64,000 nt of DNA. Origin: Candidatus Poriferihabitaceae bacterium (lineage in GTDB: Bacteria > Pseudomonadota > Gammaproteobacteria > Arenicellales > Poriferihabitantaceae). Shown here one piece after another: positions 9,007 through 18,581 of this stretch. Numbering within the stretch: position 1 is the first letter of the stretch; each line of letters starts with the position of its first letter. The stretch spans positions 927,154 to 991,153 of the forward strand of contig OZ243941.1 in NCBI GenBank assembly GCA_965214205.1, given 5' to 3'. The notes under the pieces were generated by a model. It made no database searches, was not told the DNA's origin, and saw only the letters and a program-made list of their open reading frames with translations. A program made the position numbers and the translations under genes.

Positions 9007-9126
9007 CATTGTTTAGAACCATCGGGCAGTGTTTTATATTTTGATACCGTCATAGAATAGCTTTGTATTGATGTGGATACTGCAAATCCTGCATCGCAAC
9101 TGCACTGTTGAGAGAGAGGAGTGAAA

Positions 9127-10467
9127 ATGACTGACGAAATCAATCAATCAATACCTGATGAATCCGTAGGGGAATCTGATGAAGATGTGGCCGTGGAAGT
9201 TTCCGTCCATGATACTCCCATGCTCGATGAACTGGAGAATGGCCCTTGGCCGAGTTTTATATCCGGTATCAAGAAGCTTCGCAACGATCATGAGGATGAG
9301 CGCGTCAACGGCGTAGCCAATGATTTGCTAGGGCAGCTCGAACATTCCTACGAGACCAGGAAAGGTTACTGGAAGGGCGGCACTGTTAGTGTTTACGGGT
9401 ATGGCAGTGGAATTATTCCAAGATTCTCTGAAGTTGGCGATCAATTCCCGAAATCCAGAGAGTTTCACACGCTTCGGGTGCAACCGCCGGCTGGCAACCA
9501 TTACTCGACCGATATCCTGCGCGAGCTGGCCGACAGTTGGGAAAAATGGGGTTCCGGACTGGTGACTTTCCATGGTCAGACCGGGAACATCATGTTTATC
9601 GGCGCCTCGACGGAGAATACGCAACATTTCTTTGATGAAATAAACGAATACGGATTTGATCTGGGTGGCGCCGGTCCTTGTGTGCGAACTGCGATGTCCT
9701 GTGTCGGCGCGGCGCGTTGCGAACAGTCGTGCGCCAATGAGCAGAAGCTGCACCGGACTCTGGTCAACAACTTCACCGATGACGTGCACCGGCCGTCACT
9801 GCCGTATAAATTCAAGTTCAAGATTTCCGGTTGTCCGAATGATTGCACCAATGCGATTGAACGCGCCGACTTTGCGGTGATTGGAACCTGGAAAGACGAC
9901 ATCCGGGTCGATATGCAGGAGTGGAAGAAATATGTCGAAGAGAAGGGCCGCAAGCATGTGATCGACAACATTATCACCCGTTGCCCGACCTCATGTTTGT
10001 CCCTGAAGGATGATGACACACTGGAAATTGAAAACGCGGATTGCGTCAAGTGTATGCACTGCCTGAATGTAGTGCCCAAGGCGCTCAGTCCGGGTGAGGA
10101 AAGAGGAGTCACGGTCCTGATCGGCGGCAAGCGGACGCTTAAAATTGGCGATTTGATGGGCACCGTCATCGTTCCATTCATGAAAATGGAAAATGAGGAG
10201 GATTACGAGCGGATTGTCGAACTGGCGGAGGAGACCATCGAATTCTGGGCAGAGAATGGTCTGGAGCATGAGCGTTGTGGTGAAATGATCGAGCGCATCG
10301 GGCTGGTCAATTTCCTGGAGGGTATCGGGGTCGATGTTGACCCGAACATGATTGCCCATCCACGGGAAAGCTCTTATGTCCGAACTGATGGCTGGGATGA
10401 TGAGGCGAAAGCGTGGTTCAGGAAGCGGGCTGAAAAACGCCTGGCTGCCGAGTCCAATCAGGTTTAG
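9127..10467 (+). CDS. dsrA: Reverse-type dissimilatory sulfite reductase alpha subunit
   Basis: TPMLDELENGPWPSF, YWKGG, siroheme/[4Fe-4S] ligands CVGAARC and KFKFKISGCPNDC, ferredoxin CVKCMHC; AGGAG RBS before ATG 9127. Confidence 0.97.
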   Translation: MTDEINQSIPDESVGESDEDVAVEVSVHDTPMLDELENGPWPSFISGIKKLRNDHEDERVNGVANDLLGQLEHSYETRKGYWKGGTVSVYGYGSGIIPRFSEVGDQFPKSREFHTLRVQPPAGNHYSTDILRELADSWEKWGSGLVTFHGQTGNIMFIGASTENTQHFFDEINEYGFDLGGAGPCVRTAMSCVGAARCEQSCANEQKLHRTLVNNFTDDVHRPSLPYKFKFKISGCPNDCTNAIERADFAVIGTWKDDIRVDMQEWKKYVEEKGRKHVIDNIITRCPTSCLSLKDDDTLEIENADCVKCMHCLNVVPKALSPGEERGVTVLIGGKRTLKIGDLMGTVIVPFMKMENEEDYERIVELAEETIEFWAENGLEHERCGEMIERIGLVNFLEGIGVDVDPNMIAHPRESSYVRTDGWDDEAKAWFRKRAEKRLAAESNQV

Positions 10468-10476
10468 GAGGGCGAA

Positions 10477-11550
10477 ATGGCGAAAGAAATGAGAATGCCG
10501 ATCGAGTCGGGTTGCCCCGACGGATTCCAGTATATGCATCCCGTAATGGTCCGCAACTACGGACAATGGCAATGGCATGACCATCCGCAGCCGGGCGTGC
10601 TCCGGCATGCGGCGAAGAGCGGCGAGCAGGTATGGACGGTCAAGGCCGGCACCCAGCGGATACTGGATGTCTATACCCTGCGCAAACTTTGTGATATTGG
10701 TGATAAATATGCCGACGGACATGTGCGGTTCACCATCCGGTCCAACATCGAGTATTTCGTCGATGACGAAACGAAGGTGGCGCCGCTGATCAAGGCGCTG
10801 GAGAATGCGGGTTTCGTGGTCGGTGGGACCGCGAACTCTCTGGCCATGATCTCGCATACCCAAGGATGGCTGCATTGCGATATTCCGGGCACCGATGCTT
10901 CGGGCGTGGTGAAGGCGATGATGGATGAATTGATTGACGAGTTCAAGAATTGCGAAATGCCGAACCGGGTACACATGACCACTTCATGCTGCCAGGTAAA
11001 CTGTGGCGGCCAGGGCGATATCGCAATCAATATTCAGCATACCAAGCCGCCGCGAATCAATCATGATCTGGTATCCAATGTCTGCGAGCGCCCTTCGGTT
11101 GTGGCCCGCTGTCCGGTGGCGGCGATCCGTCCGGCAGTGGTGAACGGGAAACCGACGCTCGAGGTCGATGAGAAGAAATGTATCTGTTGCGGCGCCTGTT
11201 ATCCACCGTGTCCGCCGATGCAGATCAATGACCCTGAACATACCAAACTCGCGATCTGGGTCGGCGGCAACCATTCGAATGCCCGGTCAAAACCGAGTTT
11301 CCAGAAACTGGTTGCGGCCGGTATTCCGAACAATCCGCCGCGTTGGCCAGAAGCGACGGCCATCGTCAAACAGATTTTGCGGACTTACAAGGAAGACGCG
11401 AAGGATTGGGAGCGGATGAATGACTGGATTGATCGAATCGGTTGGCCGCGCTTTTTCGAGCGTACTGGTCTGCCGTTTACCAAATACCATATCGATCACT
11501 GGCGCGGGTCGCGCAAGAGCCTGAATTCGTCCACGCATATTCGGCTGTAA
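10477..11550 (+). CDS. dsrB: Reverse-type dissimilatory sulfite reductase beta subunit
   Basis: HTQGWLHCDIP, SCCQVNCGG, CICCGACYPPC, NNPPRWPE. Confidence 0.97.
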   Translation: MAKEMRMPIESGCPDGFQYMHPVMVRNYGQWQWHDHPQPGVLRHAAKSGEQVWTVKAGTQRILDVYTLRKLCDIGDKYADGHVRFTIRSNIEYFVDDETKVAPLIKALENAGFVVGGTANSLAMISHTQGWLHCDIPGTDASGVVKAMMDELIDEFKNCEMPNRVHMTTSCCQVNCGGQGDIAINIQHTKPPRINHDLVSNVCERPSVVARCPVAAIRPAVVNGKPTLEVDEKKCICCGACYPPCPPMQINDPEHTKLAIWVGGNHSNARSKPSFQKLVAAGIPNNPPRWPEATAIVKQILRTYKEDAKDWERMNDWIDRIGWPRFFERTGLPFTKYHIDHWRGSRKSLNSSTHIRL

Positions 11551-11603
11551 AATATGAGGATTCAATTTTAATATTTAATTCATTATTTGACTGGAGAAAG
11601 AAA

Positions 11604-11936
11604 ATGGGTATAGAACTTGACGGTCGCAGTTACGATACTGATGAGGAGGGCTACCTCGCAAATCTGTCTGACTGGAGTCCTGAAATCGCAGACCAGATGG
11701 CCAAGCTGGATGATTGCGATCTGGGTGAACACCACTGGGAGGTGATCAATTTTCTGCGTGATTATTATGAAGAATATCAAATTGCGCCTGCGGTCCGGGT
11801 GTTAACCAAGTCGATTGGCAGAAAGCTGGGAAAAGACAAGGGCAACAGCAAATATCTTTATCAACTGTTCCCTTATGGGCCAGCCAAACAGGCTTGCAAG
11901 TACGCCGGATTGCCGAAGCCGACAGGCTGTGTCTAG
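11604..11936 (+). CDS. dsrC: Sulfur-carrier protein DsrC
   Basis: DEEGYL, HWEVI, YLYQLFPYGPAKQACKYAGLPKPTGCV with both C-terminal Cys; GGAG RBS before ATG 11604. Confidence 0.96.
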   Translation: MGIELDGRSYDTDEEGYLANLSDWSPEIADQMAKLDDCDLGEHHWEVINFLRDYYEEYQIAPAVRVLTKSIGRKLGKDKGNSKYLYQLFPYGPAKQACKYAGLPKPTGCV

Positions 11937-11944
11937 TCGGTTGA

Positions 11945-12676
11945 ATGTCGGCAATAACGGTCATCTATGCGGTGATGTTCTACATTGCCACCGCGGCGCT
12001 GGTGATCGGCGTCGGCCGCAAGATCATTCAGTATTCACGGACTCCGGCGCCGCTTAAAATTCCGACAACCCCGGCGCCGGTTACCAGAACCGGCGTGGTC
12101 GCCCGCCTGATGCGTGAAATCGTGTTCTTCGAGAGCCTGTTCAAGGGCAGCAAATGGAGTTGGTTGTTCGGGTGGTTGTTTCATTTCGGTCTGCTGATCG
12201 TGTTGATCCGTCATCTGCGTTATTTTACCGAGCCGGTCTGGGGGGTGGCGGCGCTGACCGCGGACATCGGAGTGATCATGGGCTGGGTCATGATTTTCGG
12301 GTTGTTGGGGTTGTTGGTCCGCCGGGTCGGGGTGGACCGCATCCGTTATATTTCCGCCCCGTCCGATTATCTGATGCTGCTGCTGATTATTGCCATCGGG
12401 GTCAGCGGCCTGTTGGTGAAATATGTTTTTCACAGCGACATCGTCCAGTTGAAAGCCTTTTTTTCCGGCTTGATGACCTTTAACTGGCAACCATTGCCAG
12501 CGGACCCCGGTCTGTTGATTCATCTGGCGCTGGTCATCATCCTGATGTTGATTTTCCCGATCAGCAAATTGCTGCATGCGCCGGGCCTGTTTTTCAGCCC
12601 GACTCGCAACCAGGTCGATAATCCCAGGGAGCGGCGCCATGTTGCAATGTGGGCAGATTCGCCGCCCGGCAAGTGA
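11945..12676 (+). CDS. dsrM: DsrM membrane b-type cytochrome (NarI-like)
   Basis: PAPLKIPTTPAP, WLFH, RHLRYF, SKLLH...PTRNQVDN; position in the dsr cluster. Confidence 0.94.
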   Translation: MSAITVIYAVMFYIATAALVIGVGRKIIQYSRTPAPLKIPTTPAPVTRTGVVARLMREIVFFESLFKGSKWSWLFGWLFHFGLLIVLIRHLRYFTEPVWGVAALTADIGVIMGWVMIFGLLGLLVRRVGVDRIRYISAPSDYLMLLLIIAIGVSGLLVKYVFHSDIVQLKAFFSGLMTFNWQPLPADPGLLIHLALVIILMLIFPISKLLHAPGLFFSPTRNQVDNPRERRHVAMWADSPPGK

Positions 12677-12727
12677 GGGGTGAGCCATGTATCGGGAGCC
12701 AGGCGGTCATGACAGGAGAATCAGGGC

Positions 12728-14221
12728 GTGAAAACAGATTTCCAGATTCCTGAACTGAAAGAATATCCGGAGATTCCGGTGCTGGTCAACGGCGCTATGG
12801 AACACAGTCAGCCTTTTGTCGCCAAGCCGGAACATCAGGAGCCGCTGGGCTATCCGGGCGAACTGGTTCCCGACTGGCACGATCAGGCCATCGCAAAAAT
12901 GGGAGAGCTGCTCGGTAAATTCCGTTCTTTACGGGTATTCATGGATACCTGTATCAAGTGTGGGGCCTGCACCGATAAATGCCACTACTATCTGGGCACG
13001 GCGGACCCGAAGAATATGCCAGTGGCCCGTCAGGATCTGATGCGGGCCGTGTACCGGCGTTACTTTACCTTTGCCGGCAAGTATTTCCCCAGGCTGGTCG
13101 GGGCCGTGGATCTGACCGAGGAGGTGATCAGGGACTGGTATCGTTACTTCTATCAGTGCTCGGAATGCCGGCGCTGTTCCGGATTTTGCCCGATTGGTAT
13201 CGATACCGCCGAGGTCACCATGGCGGCCCGGGAAATCCTGGACCATATCGGCATTGGACAGAAATACAGCAATGAAATCATCGGCAAGGTCCACAAGATC
13301 GGTAACAATCTGGGGTTGCCCGAACCAGCGCTGGTGGATACGCTGGAAGGTCTGGAGGAAGATATAGAGGAGGAAACCGGGGTTGCGGTCAGATTGCCGG
13401 TGGACCAGGTGGGCGCGGAAGTATTGCTGGTGACGCCGAGCGCGGATTTTTTCGCCGAGCCGCATATTGATGGACTGATCGGTTACGCCAAGGTTTTTCA
13501 CAAGGCCGGGATCAGTTGGACGGTCAGCTCTTATGCGTCCGAGGCGGCTAACTTCGGGGTCTTTACCGGTTCCTGGGAGCACATGCAAAAAGTGGCAAAC
13601 CGGGTCCGTACCGCGGCCCTTGAGCTCGGCGTAAAGCGCATTGTCGTGGGTGAATGCGGTCATGCCTGGCGGGTGGCCTACAGTTTCTGGAACAGTTTGA
13701 TCGGGCCTTTCGATTTTCTCGACCAGAACTATCCCGTACCGCAGCATATCTGCGAGTTGACCCACGACCTCATTGTGCAGGGCGCTTTGAAGTTCGACCC
13801 GGAAGTACATGATGACAAGGTGATTACGTTCCATGATTCATGCAATGTGTCGCGGGGATCGCGCATGGGCGACATACCGGGAGGGCAGTTCATTATCCCG
13901 CGGCGGATCATCCAGTCGTGCAGCCGCAATTTTGTCGACATGGCGTCGGATACGATTCGCGAGAACACCTTTTGCTGCGGCGGAGGGGGCGGACTGCTGA
14001 CCGATGACCTGCTGGAGCTGCGAGTCAAGGGCGCCATGCCAAGAGCGCAGGCCCTGCAACAGGTGATCGAGGATCACGGCGTTACTCACATGGCCGCGAT
14101 TTGCGCCATTTGTAAAAGCCAGTTCACCAAGGTCCTGCCGATGTATGGCATGGGCATGGATATGGTGGTCAGTGTGCATCAGCTGGTCGGCGATGCACTG
14201 ATTATGCAGACCGAGCATTAG
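12728..14221 (+). CDS. dsrK: DsrK Fe-S protein (HdrD-like)
   Basis: CIKCGACTDKC, CSECRRCSGFCP, GECGH, FHDSCN, CCGGGGG, CAIC. Confidence 0.95.
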   Translation: MKTDFQIPELKEYPEIPVLVNGAMEHSQPFVAKPEHQEPLGYPGELVPDWHDQAIAKMGELLGKFRSLRVFMDTCIKCGACTDKCHYYLGTADPKNMPVARQDLMRAVYRRYFTFAGKYFPRLVGAVDLTEEVIRDWYRYFYQCSECRRCSGFCPIGIDTAEVTMAAREILDHIGIGQKYSNEIIGKVHKIGNNLGLPEPALVDTLEGLEEDIEEETGVAVRLPVDQVGAEVLLVTPSADFFAEPHIDGLIGYAKVFHKAGISWTVSSYASEAANFGVFTGSWEHMQKVANRVRTAALELGVKRIVVGECGHAWRVAYSFWNSLIGPFDFLDQNYPVPQHICELTHDLIVQGALKFDPEVHDDKVITFHDSCNVSRGSRMGDIPGGQFIIPRRIIQSCSRNFVDMASDTIRENTFCCGGGGGLLTDDLLELRVKGAMPRAQALQQVIEDHGVTHMAAICAICKSQFTKVLPMYGMGMDMVVSVHQLVGDALIMQTEH

Positions 14222-14254
14222 AGATGATGATTTTTTACCAGTCAGGAAGCTGAA

Positions 14255-16204
14255 ATGTCGAAATCAACCGGACAAAACAGACAGACCTTCCGGAAATTCC
14301 GGGAGGGGGCGTTCAAGTGGGCAAACTATCAGGAGGATATCTTTAATGAAGACACCTCCCACAAATGCCCTACCTACGTTCATCGCACGCCACCGTGCCA
14401 GGGCAGTTGCCCTTCCGGAGAGGACATTCGGGGGTGGTTGCAGATCATTCGTGGCATCGAAAAGCCGCCGGCGGAGATGAGCTGGCAGGAATATGCGTTT
14501 CAACGCTCGACTGACGCGAATCCATTTCCGTCGATGATGGGCCGGGTTTGCCCCGCTCCCTGTGAGGCGGGCTGCAACCGCAATAATGTGGACGACTTCG
14601 TCGGCATCAATGCCGTCGAACAGTATATCGGGGATACCGCCTTTGAGAGAAACTTCCAGTTTGATGCGCCCCCCCCTCTCAATCAGCAGCGTGTCGCCAT
14701 CATCGGCGGCGGGCCGGCGGGCCTGGCCGCGGCTTATCAGTTGAGGCGAAAAGGCTACGGTTCGGTTATTTTTGAAAAGCAGGCGGAGCTTGGCGGCATG
14801 TTCCGTTACGGGATCCCGGGATATCGAACGCCCAGAAGCGTGCTTGATCATGAGATTCAACGGATACTGGACCTCGGTGGCATCGAGGTCAGATTGAACA
14901 TGCGGGTGGGTACCGATGTCTCCGTGCAGCGACTCGAAGATGATTATGACGCGATTATCTGGACGATTGGCTGCCAGAGCGGCAACGCCCTGCCGCTGGA
15001 TGGCTGGAATGACGCGCCGAACTGTGTCAGCGGCGTTGCCTTTCTGGAGGCGTTCAACAAGGGTAATCTCAAGGTCACGGCGGACAAGGTGCTCTGTGTC
15101 GGGGGCGGCGACACTTCGATTGACGTGGTGTCGGTGGCGCGGCGATTGGGCAAGATAATCAACATCAACCAGCAGGACCGACCGGAAGAGGTCATTGGCG
15201 GGTATACGGCCCATGATTCGGCGATGGTGGCGCTCAGGCAGGGTTGCGATGTGACCCTGACCGCGTTGTTCAAACGCCAGAATATGACGGCGTCGGAAAT
15301 TGAGGTGGAGGACGCAACCACGGAGGGGGTCAACATTATAGATGGTGTCATGCCGGTTGAACTGGTGATTGGCGATACGGGCCGGGCGGTCGGCCTGAAG
15401 ATGATGCAGTGCGAAATGGATAACAAGGGCGTACCGACCGCTATCGAGGGTACGGAATTCGATCTGGAAGCGGATTTGATCGTCTCCGCGATCGGACAGG
15501 GCGGTGATCTTGCAGGCATGGAGGATATGGCTAACGAGCGCAACCTGATCAATGCCGATCCGGGGTTCCGGGTGCCTGACCGGCCGGGGCATTTTGTCGC
15601 GGGGGATATTGTCCGCCCCCATTTGCTGACGACCGCGATTGGTCAGGCCTCGGTCGCCGCGGCCAGCGCAATCGGCTTTATGGTGGGTAACGATCCCTCG
15701 AAGCGCCCCAAGGTGGATGTGCATCACTTCAATTTGCTGAATAAATTGAACGAGCAGGGCCTGGAGGTCAGTGAATACGACAAAAGCCAGGTGCATGGCA
15801 CGGATAGCGCCGGATTCGCGGTGCACAATTACGAGGATCGCTCCGCTAACGAGATCATCCCGGCAGACGAGTTGTTCCTCGCTCATTTCGATCCGGAAGA
15901 CCGCAACAAACGGGCTTCGGTAGTGCCCGATTCGGAGCAGGTGCTGGGGCATTTCGAGGAACGCCATATCATGCTGAGCGAGGAGCAGGCTGTGGCGGAG
16001 TCGAATCGCTGCATGAGCTGTGGCATGTGTTTCGAGTGCGATAACTGTGTGATCTACTGTCCGCAAATAGCAGTGTTTCGAGTCAAGAAAGACAAGGCCA
16101 CGCTCGGTCGTTATGTCGATACCGACTACAATAAGTGTATTGGCTGTCATATCTGCGCCGATGTCTGCCCCACCGGCTATATCGACATGGGTCTTGGCAA
16201 ATAA
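14255..16204 (+). CDS. dsrL: DsrL iron-sulfur flavoprotein, probably DsrL-1A type
   Basis: PPCQGSCP, GRVCPAPCE, GGGPAG FAD site, GGGDT, C-terminal ferredoxin motifs CMSCGMCFECDNC and CIGCHICADVCP; TALF occupies the position of the YRR motif of DsrL-2. Confidence 0.94.
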   Translation: MSKSTGQNRQTFRKFREGAFKWANYQEDIFNEDTSHKCPTYVHRTPPCQGSCPSGEDIRGWLQIIRGIEKPPAEMSWQEYAFQRSTDANPFPSMMGRVCPAPCEAGCNRNNVDDFVGINAVEQYIGDTAFERNFQFDAPPPLNQQRVAIIGGGPAGLAAAYQLRRKGYGSVIFEKQAELGGMFRYGIPGYRTPRSVLDHEIQRILDLGGIEVRLNMRVGTDVSVQRLEDDYDAIIWTIGCQSGNALPLDGWNDAPNCVSGVAFLEAFNKGNLKVTADKVLCVGGGDTSIDVVSVARRLGKIININQQDRPEEVIGGYTAHDSAMVALRQGCDVTLTALFKRQNMTASEIEVEDATTEGVNIIDGVMPVELVIGDTGRAVGLKMMQCEMDNKGVPTAIEGTEFDLEADLIVSAIGQGGDLAGMEDMANERNLINADPGFRVPDRPGHFVAGDIVRPHLLTTAIGQASVAAASAIGFMVGNDPSKRPKVDVHHFNLLNKLNEQGLEVSEYDKSQVHGTDSAGFAVHNYEDRSANEIIPADELFLAHFDPEDRNKRASVVPDSEQVLGHFEERHIMLSEEQAVAESNRCMSCGMCFECDNCVIYCPQIAVFRVKKDKATLGRYVDTDYNKCIGCHICADVCPTGYIDMGLGK

Positions 16205-16227
16205 GGTTTTCGGCTGCCGGACTGGTC

Positions 16228-16632
16228 ATGATATTCATCATTCGAATGGCGGGCCTGGTTGTGGTATTCGGCATGATCAGCCTGTCTCATTCATCCCGGT
16301 CTTTCGATGACCAACCGCTGCAGTCGGTTCTGGAACTGCCGAAGGCGGTCCGGGGTGAAAGCTGTGTCGCGCCGGTTGAAGAGATGCGGCGGGACCACAT
16401 GGAGATGCTTTTCCACCAGCGTGATGAAACCATGTATTTCGGGGTGCGTGACGCCAGATTCAGCCTGATCGGGTGTATTTCCTGTCATACTCAAACAGAC
16501 GCCGAGGGGCAGTTTATTCCAATCAACGCGCCGGGCCAGTTCTGTCAGGAATGTCATTCCTATACCGCGGTGAAGATGGACTGCTTTCAGTGCCATGCCG
16601 CGACTCCGGGGCAGGCGGCGACTGAGCAATGA
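16228..16632 (+). CDS. dsrJ: DsrJ periplasmic triheme cytochrome c
   Basis: Signal peptide, MRRDHME..HQRD, three CxxCH motifs (CISCH, CQECH, CFQCH); start moved downstream of the dsrL stop. Confidence 0.92.
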   Translation: MIFIIRMAGLVVVFGMISLSHSSRSFDDQPLQSVLELPKAVRGESCVAPVEEMRRDHMEMLFHQRDETMYFGVRDARFSLIGCISCHTQTDAEGQFIPINAPGQFCQECHSYTAVKMDCFQCHAATPGQAATEQ

Positions 16633-17369
16633 CGACCCCGAATCCACCCACTCACTCACGCCGGGCAGTCCTGAAAAAGTCCGCTGTCCTGCTCGCCGGT
16701 CTGGCTTCAGGAATCAGGTTGGTTGATCTCGCGATGGCATCCACGAAACTGGAAGCAACGGACCAGCTTGTACGTTGGGGGATGCTGGTTGACGTGACCC
16801 GGTGCGCGGATGGCTGCACCGACTGTGTTGATGCCTGCAATACGGAACACGGCCTGAATGGCAAGGGCCGGCCGCTGACCGACGCGCAGTATATTCGCGT
16901 GGTCGATCTGAAGGACAAATCCACCGGGCATACGTCTTCGCTGCCGGTGATGTGTCAGCATTGCGAAACGGCGCCGTGCGTGGATGTCTGTCCGACCGGG
17001 GCCTCCTTCCGCAGAGAGGACGGGGTTGTGCTGGTGGATAAACACACATGCATTGGTTGTCGCTACTGCATGTTGGCCTGCCCCTACAAGGCGCGTTCGT
17101 TCATTCATGAAAATCTCACTGACCAGGTTCCGACGACCCCCCGTGGCAAGGGCACGGTCGAGTCCTGCAATTTCTGCACTCATCGGGTGGACCGCGGCGG
17201 CGCCCCGGCCTGTGTCGAAGCCTGCGCTGAAAAGGGTCACAAGGCGCTGGTATTCGGTGACTTGAATGATCCTGATAGCGAGTTGTACCGGCAGCTCAGG
17301 GAAAAGCCCTCTGTGCAGATCCGGGAAGACCTCAACCTCAATACCGGGGTGCGTTATCATGGCATTTGA
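16629..17369 (+). CDS. dsrO: DsrO periplasmic 4Fe-4S protein
   Basis: Tat motif SRRAVLK; NrfC-like Cys clusters CQHCETAPCVDVCP and CIGCRYCMLACPY. Confidence 0.93.
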   Translation: MTTPNPPTHSRRAVLKKSAVLLAGLASGIRLVDLAMASTKLEATDQLVRWGMLVDVTRCADGCTDCVDACNTEHGLNGKGRPLTDAQYIRVVDLKDKSTGHTSSLPVMCQHCETAPCVDVCPTGASFRREDGVVLVDKHTCIGCRYCMLACPYKARSFIHENLTDQVPTTPRGKGTVESCNFCTHRVDRGGAPACVEACAEKGHKALVFGDLNDPDSELYRQLREKPSVQIREDLNLNTGVRYHGI

Positions 17370-17372
17370 GAT

Positions 17373-18575
17373 GTGGTGAGGATGAAGCGGATCACTTATA
17401 TCACTTTGGCCTATAACTGCCGGTTGTACTGGCTGTGGATGGCCGGTTTCGCGGCTCTGATTCTGAACGGGCTGTATTTTGCCTGGTTCATGGAGCATCA
17501 TGGTCATTGGGTGACCGGCATGAACAACCAGATTGTCTGGGGGTTGCCGCATGTTTTCGCGATCTTTCTGATCGTTACCGCATCGGGTGTACTGAACATC
17601 GCGTCTCTCTCATCCGTGTTCGGTAAACCCGCATACAAGGCATGGGCGAGATTATCGGGATTGCTGGCGATTACCCTGCTGGTCGGAGGCTTGGTGGCGC
17701 TGGTTCTTGACCTCGGTCGGCCTGACCGCCTGATCATCGCCATGACTCATTACAATTTCAAATCGATTTTTGCTTGGAATATTTTTCTCTATAGCGGGTT
17801 TGTCCTGATCGTCATGATCTATCTGTGGATGATGTTCGAGCCCGGAATGGCGAAAAAAGTAACCCCGGTGGGGCGGCTCGCGTTTGTCTGGCGGATTGTC
17901 CTGACTACCGGGACAGGGTCGATCTTCGGGGTGATTATCGCGCGCCAGGCGTATGATTCCGTCATTCTGGCGCCTCTGTTCATCGCCATGTCATTGAGTT
18001 TCGGCGCCGCGTTTTTCGTGGTGTACCTGTTTGCGTTGAGGCAGCCGGCTTTTACCGGTGACGCGGAATTGCTCGGCAAATTCCGGAATCTGCTGATCTG
18101 GTTCATCGGTACGGTTTTGCTGATTACGCTGATTTTTCACATTACCAAAGCCTGGGACACGGCGACCCGCGATTACGAACGATTCATTTTGCTGGATGGC
18201 GGTCTGTTGTCTGTATTGCTGTGGGCCGGTTTCATCGGGCTCGGCGTGCTGGCGCCGCTTTTGCTGCTGTCCGGGGCCGGCGGCGCTGCCCCGAAGCGGG
18301 TCCTGCTGGCCAGCGCTCTGCACATTCCGGGCGGTCTGGCCCACCTTTATGTGATCATCATTGGTGGACAGGCGTATCCTTCTGTCCTTTTTCCGAACAA
18401 GGAGGTTTCAAGCAGTTTTCATGATGGCGCAATCGCCGGTTACTCGCCGACGTTTGCTGAACTATCTCTTGGCCTCGGTGGCCTGTCGCTGGCCATCGCC
18501 GCAAGTTTGCTGGTGATTCGGATTCTGCCTTTTTTGCCTGAAAACCTGTTTGAAAACAGAGCGTCTTCCGATTAG
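17373..18575 (+). CDS. dsrP: DsrP NrfD/PsrC-family membrane protein
   Basis: GHWVTGMNNQIVWG, LDLGRPDRL, IGGQAYP; polytopic hydrophobic protein. Confidence 0.92.
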   Translation: MVRMKRITYITLAYNCRLYWLWMAGFAALILNGLYFAWFMEHHGHWVTGMNNQIVWGLPHVFAIFLIVTASGVLNIASLSSVFGKPAYKAWARLSGLLAITLLVGGLVALVLDLGRPDRLIIAMTHYNFKSIFAWNIFLYSGFVLIVMIYLWMMFEPGMAKKVTPVGRLAFVWRIVLTTGTGSIFGVIIARQAYDSVILAPLFIAMSLSFGAAFFVVYLFALRQPAFTGDAELLGKFRNLLIWFIGTVLLITLIFHITKAWDTATRDYERFILLDGGLLSVLLWAGFIGLGVLAPLLLLSGAGGAAPKRVLLASALHIPGGLAHLYVIIIGGQAYPSVLFPNKEVSSSFHDGAIAGYSPTFAELSLGLGGLSLAIAASLLVIRILPFLPENLFENRASSD

Positions 18576-18581
18576 CGCCTG

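Noticed and set aside
14264-16150. Long antisense ORFs (628 aa opposite dsrL; also 9991-10974, 12929-13834, 37361-38308, 51938-52906)
   Set aside because: Shadow frames of well-supported genes in GC-rich DNA, with no recognisable motifs.
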